From the NCBI RefSeq assembly GCF_021699195.1, contig NZ_SSXE01000005.1:38770-78769 (forward strand): a stretch of DNA of 40,000 nucleotides, read 5' to 3'. The notes under the pieces are model-generated. The model did not search any database and was not told where the DNA came from. It saw only the letters and a list, made by a program, of their open reading frames with translations. A program made the position numbers and the translations under genes. Position 1 is the first letter of the stretch, and each line of letters starts with the position of its first letter. The DNA comes from Nonomuraea sp. MG754425. GTDB taxonomy: Bacteria > Actinomycetota > Actinomycetes > Streptosporangiales > Streptosporangiaceae. Shown piece after piece: positions 32,641 to 40,000 of the stretch.

Positions 32641-32963
32641 TGTGGCGCTACACGAACGCCAACACCGGCCAGGTCGTGGAGGTCCCTGAGCGGGACGCCT
32701 ACCTGGACATGCTGCCGAACTGGACCATCACCGGTTCCCCCGACGACGCGGGGGAACCGGAATCGAGCCCGTCGAACTCCGGTCAGGCTATCCCCGGCCG
32801 GCCGCCCGAGTCGGCGAACAAGGCCGTGTGGGTCGCCTACGCAGTCTCGCGCGGCATGGCCGAGGCAGACGCGAAGGCCCTGCGCAAGGACGCGCTCATC
32901 GAGGAGTTCGGCGAGAACTCCGGCAACGACGAGGACGAAGGGGGCGATGGTGGCCAGGACTGA
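32640..32963 (+). CDS. hypothetical head-module protein (107 aa, acidic tail)
   Basis: TGATG overlap with the capsid gene stop. Confidence 0.6.
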   Translation: MWRYTNANTGQVVEVPERDAYLDMLPNWTITGSPDDAGEPESSPSNSGQAIPGRPPESANKAVWVAYAVSRGMAEADAKALRKDALIEEFGENSGNDEDEGGDGGQD

Positions 32964-33297
32964 CCTTCCGATCACGCCCATGCCGCGCGGCGGGCTGTCC
33001 CTAGCTGGCGCGCTGCCCACCACGGCGATTGCGGACGGGCACGCCTTCGGCCACTCGGCCAAGCGGCTGATCCGGATCAAGAACAGCAGCGGTACTCCGA
33101 AGACGGTGAACGCGGTCATCCCCGGCGAGGTCGAGGGGCAGCCGCTGGCCGACCGGCCGTACGTCATCCCGGCCACGACCGGCGATGTGCTGATCCCACC
33201 GTTCGGCGACATCTACCAGCAGGACGACGGCAAGGTGTACCTCGACTACCCGGCCGACCCGTCCGGGCTGACGGTCGCCGTGTACGAGATGCCGTAG
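32947..33297 (+). CDS. hypothetical head-module protein (116 aa)
   Basis: ORF-track entry. 17-nt overlap with the upstream gene. Confidence 0.65.
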   Translation: MVARTDLPITPMPRGGLSLAGALPTTAIADGHAFGHSAKRLIRIKNSSGTPKTVNAVIPGEVEGQPLADRPYVIPATTGDVLIPPFGDIYQQDDGKVYLDYPADPSGLTVAVYEMP

Positions 33298-33306
33298 GGG
33301 CTCGTC

Positions 33307-33702
33307 GTGGTGGTGTACGCGAGCGCGGACGACTACGCGGCTTACACGGGGAAGCCAGCCCCGGACGGGATCGATGCCGTGCTGGCCCGCGCCAGCGAGC
33401 GGATTGACGAGCTGCTGGTGACGGCGGTCTACGACGTTGACCCGGTGACGGAGCTGCCGACCAAGCCGAAGGAGGCCGAGGCCATCCGGCGGGCCACCTG
33501 CGCGCAGGCGGCTTGGACGGTGGCGGTCGGCGACCCGTACGGCGTGGCCGCCGCGTTTTCCGACGTGAAGATCGGTTCTGTGTCGTTGAAGCGGTCCGGG
33601 GACGGCGGGGCGGTTCCGGCGCGTCATGCGCCGGACGCGGCGTCGATCCTGCGCACCGCGGGCCTGCTGCCCGGCTACGTGATCGACCAGGGCGGGTGGT
33701 GA
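33307..33702 (+). CDS. head-tail connector (gp6-like adaptor)
   Basis: Position. ASADDYAAYTG..AVLARASERIDELL resembles gp6-like connector N-termini. Confidence 0.6.
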   Translation: MVVYASADDYAAYTGKPAPDGIDAVLARASERIDELLVTAVYDVDPVTELPTKPKEAEAIRRATCAQAAWTVAVGDPYGVAAAFSDVKIGSVSLKRSGDGGAVPARHAPDAASILRTAGLLPGYVIDQGGW

Positions 33703-33705
33703 CCC

Positions 33706-34017
33706 GTGCTGCTCCCAGAGTGGATCTTCACGCACGACGCCACCTTCGAGCCGCTGGAGGGTGAAGGTGCCTACGGCCCGATCTTCGGCGACCCGGTCAC
33801 GGAGAAGTGCCTGGTGGACGACGAACGGCGACTGGTCCGCAACGCCGAAGGCTCCGAGGTCGTCTCCGACATGACGATCTTCCTGCGGGCGGGCGCGTAC
33901 TACCCGGCCGGGAGCCGGGTGACGGTCGGCGGCCGGATGACAACAGTCATCGCGTCCAAGCACCGCGACGGCGGCGGCCTTCCGACACCGGATCACACGG
34001 AGGTGGTGTGCCGATGA
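33706..34017 (+). CDS. head-tail joining / head closure protein (putative)
   Basis: Size and synteny only. Confidence 0.45.
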   Translation: MLLPEWIFTHDATFEPLEGEGAYGPIFGDPVTEKCLVDDERRLVRNAEGSEVVSDMTIFLRAGAYYPAGSRVTVGGRMTTVIASKHRDGGGLPTPDHTEVVCR

Positions 34018-34388
34018 CGCAACGCGGCATCGACGTGGACGTGCGGCTGGACATGCACGTCAGCCCCGAAGCGCTGGAGACTAAGGCGCGGGCGGCGATC
34101 GAGCGGGGCTTGACGCAGGCGACCGAGCACGTGCTGACCTCGACCGAGCCCAAGGTGCCATGGCAGACCGGCGACCTGGAACGGTCGGGGTCTGCGGTCG
34201 TGGACCGGTCGAACCTCGACGGCATCGTGTCGTTCGACCAGCCGTACGCGGTCGCCCAGCACGAAAACCTCGATTGGGAGCACCCGCTCAAGGGCGAGCC
34301 GAAGTTCCTGGAGAGGACCCTGTACGAGGAGGCCGCGACGGTGCGGGACGTGGTGGCCAAGGCGGTGCGGAAGGCGCTCGGCGGATGA
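34014..34388 (+). CDS. HK97 gp10-like tail-completion protein
   Basis: ATGA overlap. VPWQTGDLERSGS matches the gp10-family P..TG.L..S motif. Confidence 0.6.
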   Translation: MTQRGIDVDVRLDMHVSPEALETKARAAIERGLTQATEHVLTSTEPKVPWQTGDLERSGSAVVDRSNLDGIVSFDQPYAVAQHENLDWEHPLKGEPKFLERTLYEEAATVRDVVAKAVRKALGG

Positions 34389-34846
34389 CCACCATGCCGG
34401 GCGGCCAGTTCTCCCGCGCGTTGCTGAACGGGCTCGCCGCGTTCCTCGCCAACCGAGGAGTGGGCGACTGGAACCCGGTCGGCACGTACACGCCGAACCA
34501 GCTCGCGCTGACGATCGGCGGCCTGCCCTCCACGCCGGACACGGCGATCTCGCTGGCGGTGTACGGCACCGCTGGCGACGACGTGGAGGGCGGCGACTCG
34601 ACCGTCCTGGTGCAACTCCGGATGCGGGCCAAGGGCGACCCGCGCGACGTCGGCGACTACGCCGACGCCGTGTTCGCCGTGCTGCACGGGCTGACCGAGA
34701 CGCGGCTCGCCTCGGGGGTGCTGGTGCTGCTCGCGCGGCGGACGGTGGTGGCGCCGCCGTCGCGTGACTCCTCCGGCCGGTGGGAGCGGGCCGACAGCTA
34801 CGAGCTGATGGTGCACTGGCCCACCCCGCAGCGGGACGACGACTGA
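34385..34846 (+). CDS. tail terminator-like protein
   Basis: ATGA overlap. LAAFLANRGVGDWNPVGTY..IGGLPSTPD..ISLAVYG pattern typical of actinophage tail terminators (by eye). Confidence 0.6.
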   Translation: MTTMPGGQFSRALLNGLAAFLANRGVGDWNPVGTYTPNQLALTIGGLPSTPDTAISLAVYGTAGDDVEGGDSTVLVQLRMRAKGDPRDVGDYADAVFAVLHGLTETRLASGVLVLLARRTVVAPPSRDSSGRWERADSYELMVHWPTPQRDDD

Positions 34847-34920
34847 CCCTCGTCCCCTTCTCTTCCTTCTTCGCGGGCCTGGCACGACCAGGGTTCGCGC
34901 GCACGAACGGAGAAACGATC

Positions 34921-35400
34921 ATGGCTCTGGTGAGCATGCTCGCCAAGCACTGGTGCATGGACGTCAACATCGCGGGAATCGGAGGGCCCGCCCCGTCGTG
35001 GACGCGCGTCCGGGCCCTGTCCAAGTGGGAGAAGACCACCGACGACAACGTCGAGGACGACGGTGACTTCGATGACGAGTCCGGGTACGGCTCCGACGTC
35101 ATCACCGAACGCAAGTGGAAGATCGAGGCCGAGGGGCGCCGGAAGCGGCAGGCCACCGAGGTGTTCGTGCCCGACGCCGGCCAGGAGTACATCCGCAAGG
35201 CCGCCCGTAGGGTCGGGCTGGGCGCGTTCATTGAGGTTCGCTGGTACCGGCGGGACGGCTCCGACGAGGCGTACCAGGGCATGTGCCAGGTCAACGAGTT
35301 CACGGTCGGTGGCGAGAAGACCGACCTGGAGCCGTTCAGCTTCACCCTGCTCGGGTCGGGCGAAGACGTCGAGATCGACAACCCGCTGGCGGGCCCGTGA
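34921..35400 (+). CDS. major tail protein
   Basis: ATG 34921 after GGAGAAA. Lies immediately upstream of the chaperone frameshift pair. Confidence 0.65.
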   Translation: MALVSMLAKHWCMDVNIAGIGGPAPSWTRVRALSKWEKTTDDNVEDDGDFDDESGYGSDVITERKWKIEAEGRRKRQATEVFVPDAGQEYIRKAARRVGLGAFIEVRWYRRDGSDEAYQGMCQVNEFTVGGEKTDLEPFSFTLLGSGEDVEIDNPLAGP

Positions 35401-35882
35401 TGGCGCAGTTCAGGAACCTTGACGAGTTCTTCGACCCGTCGCTGCGACTCCCGGTGGGCAGCAAGACGTACGTGATCGCGCCGCCGGACGGCGAGGTGGG
35501 CCTGCTGGTGCAGCGGCTCATGCACGCCGGGATCGCGGCCGAGGCCGGGCAGGACATCGATGCCGAAGGGCTCAACGACCTGGCCAAGTCGGTGCTGTCC
35601 AACGACAGCGCGGAGACGGACCTGTACCCGCGCATCCTGGGCCCGGTCTGGGACGAGTTGTTCGCCGACAAGCTCGACTGGCCGGTCATCCAGCACATCG
35701 GCGAGACCGCGATGCTGTGGATCGCAGCCGGGACGGACGCCGCCGCGAAGCACTGGGAGGCCGGGGCGGGGGAAGCGGAGGCCCCGAACCGGAAGGCTCG
35801 CCGGGCGGCGGCGGCGCAGGCCCGATCGACCCGGTCACGGGGCTCCGCGAGTGGTACGACCCGGACGACGGGCTCGGACTGA
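35400..35882 (+). CDS. tail assembly chaperone (G form)
   Basis: TGATG overlap with the major tail gene stop. Precedes the tape measure gene. Its 3' end overlaps an ORF in the -1 frame. Confidence 0.75.
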   Translation: MAQFRNLDEFFDPSLRLPVGSKTYVIAPPDGEVGLLVQRLMHAGIAAEAGQDIDAEGLNDLAKSVLSNDSAETDLYPRILGPVWDELFADKLDWPVIQHIGETAMLWIAAGTDAAAKHWEAGAGEAEAPNRKARRAAAAQARSTRSRGSASGTTRTTGSD

Positions 35883-36100
35883 CCGGCGGCCCGGCCGTGT
35901 CGTGGCTGGACCTGCTGACGCGGTGGGACCTGATCGAGGCCGACCTGCACCAGGTGTACGGGATCGACCTCGACCGGTCCGGGGCCCTGCGCGGCCGGTC
36001 GTGGCGGTGGCTGCGTACCCGGATCGGCGGGCTGCGCGTGTGCGACTCCCGAATCGCACGCGCGCTGGACCAGAGCGACGATCGCCCCCGCCACTGTTGA
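35400..36100 (+). CDS. tail assembly chaperone, -1 frameshift-extended form (G-T)
   Basis: The -1 frame is open over 35717..36100. G-run GGGGGAA at 35768-35774 is a candidate slip site. The exact site is not established. Confidence 0.6.
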
Positions 36101-36101
36101 C

Positions 36102-36119
36102 GTTGGCGGTTTCGCCAAC
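36102..36119 (+). promoter_or_regulatory. palindrome-family copy 8 GTTGGCGGTTTCGCCAAC
   Basis: Direct read. Starts 1 nt after the G-T stop, upstream of the tape measure gene. Confidence 0.6.
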
Positions 36120-36167
36120 ACAACACCGCCGCACATTTTCGATCTTGCGTGAAGGGCGGTGGCCGCG

Positions 36168-38405
36168 ATGAACGTCGGCGAACTGTTCGCCAGACTGCGG
36201 CTCCGCGACAACCTCTCCGGGCCGCTCGGCCGTGCCATCGGCTTCTTCCGGGCCAAGGCCGCCGAATTCAAGGCACACGCCGGTTCCATCGGCGCCGGGT
36301 CGGTGCAGATGGGTGCCCGGCTGGCAGCGACCGCGGTGGCAGGGGCGACCGCTGCCGCCGGTCTGGCCTCTGCCGCCCAGGCCGCGCTCGGCCTGGTGGC
36401 GGCGCTCGCCCCGGCCGCCGGGATCGTGACCACGTTGCCCGGCGCGCTCGCGCTCGGCGCCGGGGCACTCGTTACGCTCAAGATCGCCCTGCTTGGGGTC
36501 GGCGATGCCTTCAAGGCGGCGCTCGCCGATGACCCGAAGAAGTTCGCCGAGTCGATCGCCGGACTGTCACCGGCGGCGCGGGCGGCGGCGATGGAGCTGC
36601 GTGCGGCCAAACCTGCGATCGATGAGCTCAAGGCGTCGGTGCAGGACGCGTTCTTCGCTCCGCTCGCGGGCCACATCGCCGCCGTGGCGGCGGCGCTGGC
36701 CGGCCCGCTCACGTCCGGCATGTCCGGCGTCGCCTCGGAGATGGGCGTCGCGGCGGCGCTGGCCGCGCGGTTTGCTGCCAGCGCGCAGACGTCGGCGGCC
36801 GTCACATCGATCTTCGCGGCGCTGCGGTCGGCGGTGGCCGCGATCCAGCCCGCGATCGTTCCGCTCCTGTCGGGGTTCCGGGACCTGGCCGTCGTCGGCG
36901 CCGAGTTCTCGGCCGGGCTGGTGCCGGGGATTGCCGCGGCGGCTGCCCGGTTCGGCGAGTTCCTGTCGCAGGCCGCCGCCAGTGGCAAGGCCCTGGCGTG
37001 GATGCAGGGCGCGCTGGAGGTGTTCCGGCAGCTCGGCGCTCTGGCCGGGAACCTGATCGGGATCGTGCGCGGCGTGTTCGCGGCGATGCAAACCGGCGGG
37101 TCCGGCGCGCTCGGCGTGGTCGGGCAGCTCCTCGGCCAGGTGAACGCATTCGTCAACAGCGCGCAGGGCCAGCAGGTGCTTGTCACGATCTTCCGGTCGT
37201 TGGCCCAGGTCGGAAGCGTGCTGATGCCGATCTTCTCGGCCCTCGGTGGTGCGCTGGCGCTGGTCGCGCCGCAGGTGGCGGCCATCGCGGTCGCCCTCGG
37301 TCCTGGGGTCGCCGCTACCGTCTCAGCGCTCGGTCCGGCCCTGGCCGCGCTCGGGCCTGGGCTGACGCTCGTGGCTCAGATGCTGTCGCAGGCGTTCGCG
37401 AACCCGGCGATGCAGGCCGGGCTGCTTGCGCTCGGTCAGGGGATCTCGGCGGTGCTCGCGGCGGCGGCTCCGCTGCTGCCGGTGGTGGGTCAGCTTGCGG
37501 GGATCTTGGGCTCGTTGCTGGGTGCGGCGCTGTCGAATCTGGCGGCGCTGCTCGCCCCAGTTATTTCAGCCCTTTCGTCAAGTTTACAGCCTCTTCTTCC
37601 GGTTTTGTCGGGCGCGATCACGGAACTGGCGGCAGCCACAGCCCCGCTCGCGGCTCAACTCGGACAAGTGCTCGCATTGGCACTCAAAACTGTCCTTCCG
37701 CCCCTGGTGCAGCTCGCGGTGGATCTGCTTCCGCCTCTGGTGGAGCTGACGAAGGCGCTGATCCCGATCGTCTCCTCCTGGGTCGGGGCCATGTCGTCCA
37801 TCCTGGGCGTGATTCAGCCGATCATCCCACCTTTGATGCAGATCGCGACGTCGCTCCTGCCCTTCTGGATCAAGATCATTACGGCCCTGGTCAAGCTGAT
37901 CAACGGCGATTTCAAGGGCGCCTTCCAGTCGATCATGTCGGCCATCAAGGGCTTCGGCGACACGATCACGAATGCCGGAAAAGCCCTGATGGAAGGGTTG
38001 TGGAACGGTATTGTCGCCGCCGGAAACATGATCAAGTCCCGGATCGTTGGCTTCCTCCGCTCCATCCTCCCGCAGCCTGTCCTCGACTTCCTCGGCATCC
38101 ACAGCCCCAGCAAGCTGTTCGCCAAGATGGGCCGCGAAGTCCCCGCCGGACTCGCCCTCGGCATCACCCAAGCCGGCGGCCTGGTCCAAACCGCCGTCCA
38201 GCGCATGGCCGGGATCGTCGCCGGCGCGGGCATCCCCGACATGCCCACACCCGGCCTTCCCTTGCCAGGCGGACAGGTCGGAGCGCTCGGCGGCGGCATG
38301 GCGCGGACCGTGATCCACCAGACCAACTACTATCCGCAGGCCGAACCCACGAGCACGAGCGTCAACCGCGGGCTCCAACTCGCGGGCGCACTGGGGGTGA
38401 TCTAG
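36168..38405 (+). CDS. tape measure protein
   Basis: 745 aa, Ala/Gly/Leu-rich with TM-like stretches. C-terminal FLGIHSPSKLF motif. Alternative GTG 36159. Confidence 0.9.
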   Translation: MNVGELFARLRLRDNLSGPLGRAIGFFRAKAAEFKAHAGSIGAGSVQMGARLAATAVAGATAAAGLASAAQAALGLVAALAPAAGIVTTLPGALALGAGALVTLKIALLGVGDAFKAALADDPKKFAESIAGLSPAARAAAMELRAAKPAIDELKASVQDAFFAPLAGHIAAVAAALAGPLTSGMSGVASEMGVAAALAARFAASAQTSAAVTSIFAALRSAVAAIQPAIVPLLSGFRDLAVVGAEFSAGLVPGIAAAAARFGEFLSQAAASGKALAWMQGALEVFRQLGALAGNLIGIVRGVFAAMQTGGSGALGVVGQLLGQVNAFVNSAQGQQVLVTIFRSLAQVGSVLMPIFSALGGALALVAPQVAAIAVALGPGVAATVSALGPALAALGPGLTLVAQMLSQAFANPAMQAGLLALGQGISAVLAAAAPLLPVVGQLAGILGSLLGAALSNLAALLAPVISALSSSLQPLLPVLSGAITELAAATAPLAAQLGQVLALALKTVLPPLVQLAVDLLPPLVELTKALIPIVSSWVGAMSSILGVIQPIIPPLMQIATSLLPFWIKIITALVKLINGDFKGAFQSIMSAIKGFGDTITNAGKALMEGLWNGIVAAGNMIKSRIVGFLRSILPQPVLDFLGIHSPSKLFAKMGREVPAGLALGITQAGGLVQTAVQRMAGIVAGAGIPDMPTPGLPLPGGQVGALGGGMARTVIHQTNYYPQAEPTSTSVNRGLQLAGALGVI

Positions 38406-39287
38406 TTGCCGTCGTACTCGCTGGACGGCGTCCCGCTCGACCACCCTGCCGGCTGCTGGCGGCTCAAGAAGGGCACCCAGCGCAGGCCGCTCCCCGGCGC
38501 GCGAGCGGTCCGCGTCAGCGTCCCCGGCCGCGCGGGTGAACTGCCGATCGTCGGCCTCGACCACGAACTCACCTCGTTCGCGCTGGTGTTCACCGTGACT
38601 GGAGCCGCCCCGGCCGGGGTGGATGGCGGCTTTGCCCAGCTCGAAACCAACCTCGAAGCCCTGTCCGCGCTGCTCGGCGTCCGGCACCGGCTCATGAGCC
38701 TCCGCTACCAGGCGGGCCCGATCGTCCGGGTGGCCGACGTGACCGTCATCGCCTCCTCCGAGCCTGAGCTGTGGGTCGGCGCCGCCCGCGCCCGCCTGAC
38801 CGCCGTGGTCGAGGTGCCATCCGTGTACTGGCGGGAGGAGACGACCACCACATGGACCGGCAGCGCCAACACCGCCGACCAGACGATCACCACCCTGGCC
38901 GGGAGCACAGCCCCCATCGTGGACTCGCTGATCCGCATCACCGGCCCCATCTCGTCGGTGACCGTGGCCGACGTGGCCAGCCAGGGCAAGCTGGGGCTCC
39001 TCACTTCCGGGTCGAACACGATCGCGGCGGGGGAGCGGCTCATCCTCGACTGCGCGGCCCAGGCAGCCGCGCTCGTCACGACGGACACGTGGGAGCTGAC
39101 GGCTGGGACGAGCAAGACCGGCGTCATCAGCGTTTTCGGGCCGGGATCGGCGTCGCGGTGGCTGCACCTGACGCCCGCGGTCGCGGTCGGTGACCCGTTC
39201 TCCCGCGCGGTGCTCATCTCTTGCTCTGGGTCCGGTGTCACCGCCGCGTCCAAGCTTGAGGTCCGGGCGCGCCGCGCGTTCTTGTGA
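38406..39287 (+). CDS. distal tail protein (Dit-like minor tail protein)
   Basis: TTG 38406 directly after the tape-measure stop. Size and synteny. Confidence 0.6.
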   Translation: MPSYSLDGVPLDHPAGCWRLKKGTQRRPLPGARAVRVSVPGRAGELPIVGLDHELTSFALVFTVTGAAPAGVDGGFAQLETNLEALSALLGVRHRLMSLRYQAGPIVRVADVTVIASSEPELWVGAARARLTAVVEVPSVYWREETTTTWTGSANTADQTITTLAGSTAPIVDSLIRITGPISSVTVADVASQGKLGLLTSGSNTIAAGERLILDCAAQAAALVTTDTWELTAGTSKTGVISVFGPGSASRWLHLTPAVAVGDPFSRAVLISCSGSGVTAASKLEVRARRAFL

Positions 39288-40000
39288 CGGGCGCATTGTC
39301 GGAAGCGTCAACTGAAGTCTGGGGATGATGTGTGGATGTGACGAACCTCGTAAGGAGCCGGTTGAGAGACGCGACGAACAACGTGTGATGCGTTAAGTGG
39401 TCGCTGTCGCACCACAACAACAAAACGGTAGCGGGAATCTAAGCCTGGATGGTGTATCTCAACACAACCATTCGGCTAGCCTAGAGGGACGCAACGAGGC
39501 CCCGATCCAGGTTTGCGAGCTCGAATCGGGACCCCGGTTTTGCGATCGCTGCGGCGGGCTCGGGCTATCCGAGTCCGCCGCCGCCATTTTGGAGCCAGTC
39601 GAGGAGGATTGTCAGCAGTTGCAGGAGCAACAGCCGTTCCTCGTCGTCAGCCTCCTGATGGGTGTTACACAACGGACACTCTCCACTCTCGGACCGGTCT
39701 CGTCCTTGCGGGGGGCAGGCCCCGGTCCGTTCGGCCGACCCACATGGACGTCGGCCCACCTTTGACTGGTGAGTGCTGTTGTGCAGCTTCCATGAATCGT
39801 AGTTGACTCGCAGAGACCTCTGCGAATTTATGGGCACTCATAGTGTGTGGATTTTTTCGGGCCAATATAGCTATCGCCAGGGCGAATCGGCCCAAAAATC
39901 GTTCGTACCAAGCATAACTCTCTGTTATCGGTCATCACTCAAAGTCTCAGTGGGGTATCTTTCCAGGGCAATTCCCCCACAGCGTGATTTCCTGCCTTCG
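39288..40000. other. low-GC (about 50-54%) region without convincing coding potential
   Basis: Hand count: 54 G+C in 39301-39400 and 50 G+C in 39901-40000, against roughly 70% elsewhere. ORFs here lack SD sequences and GC3 bias. Confidence 0.6.

Noticed and set aside
39397-39895. ORFs 39397-39765 (+), 39565-39837 (-) and 39665-39895 (-) in the low-GC block.
   Set aside because: They overlap one another, lack SD sequences, show no codon bias and match no recognisable family. Left uncalled pending a longer window.
1-40000. CRISPR arrays, IS elements/transposases, rRNA, and classical toxin-antitoxin or known defence systems.
   Set aside because: No repeat-spacer arrays, no transposase-like ORFs or terminal inverted repeats, no rRNA-like sequence. 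No protein with a signature I could assign to a known defence or TA family.

Overview
The whole 40-kb window reads as one high-GC (roughly 70%) actinobacterial temperate siphovirus-type genome, either prophage or phage DNA. I recognised no host housekeeping genes, rRNA, tRNA, CRISPR arrays or IS elements. All family calls are pattern recognition by eye; no searches were run.

Layout:
(i) 1-4660: plus-strand early genes chained by ATGA/GTGA start-stop overlaps. They include a PAPS-reductase-like fragment, Cys-rich small proteins, a SLOG(DUF2493)-NADAR fusion and a replication-initiator-like protein.
(ii) 4661-9600: loosely packed accessory units, each with its own GC-rich hairpin. They include a collagen-like membrane protein, a polytopic membrane protein, a Zn-ribbon protein and a secreted protein.
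(iii) 9600-16480: the lysogeny/accessory block. It holds a 3' remnant of an ATP-dependent DNA ligase, a lower-GC gene, several micro-ORFs missing from the ORF track, two HTH genes, a minus-strand cassette driven by a duplicated promoter-leader, and a tyrosine integrase with an AT-rich, hairpin-rich flank (candidate attP).
(iv) 16487-22646: a second early block with a ParB-like gene, an ABC-ATPase/GNAT fusion and two minus-strand morons (a secreted Cys-rich protein and an HExxH protein).
(v) 22689-39287: the late module, in order terS, terL, three fibre-like genes, portal, MuF, scaffold, major capsid, connectors, major tail, G/GT frameshift, tape measure, Dit.
(vi) 39288-40000: GC drops abruptly to about 50-54% and no gene is convincing.

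Most interesting non-obvious signals:
- Eight copies of an 18-bp palindrome, GTTGGCGG-NN-CCGCCAAC, sit at gene boundaries on both sides of the integrase.
- A ~65-bp promoter-leader cassette is duplicated.
- A tandemly duplicated micro-ORF + paralog module lies next to the integrase.
- There is a SLOG-NADAR fusion gene.
- A ParB-like gene is paired with an ABC-ATPase-GNAT gene.
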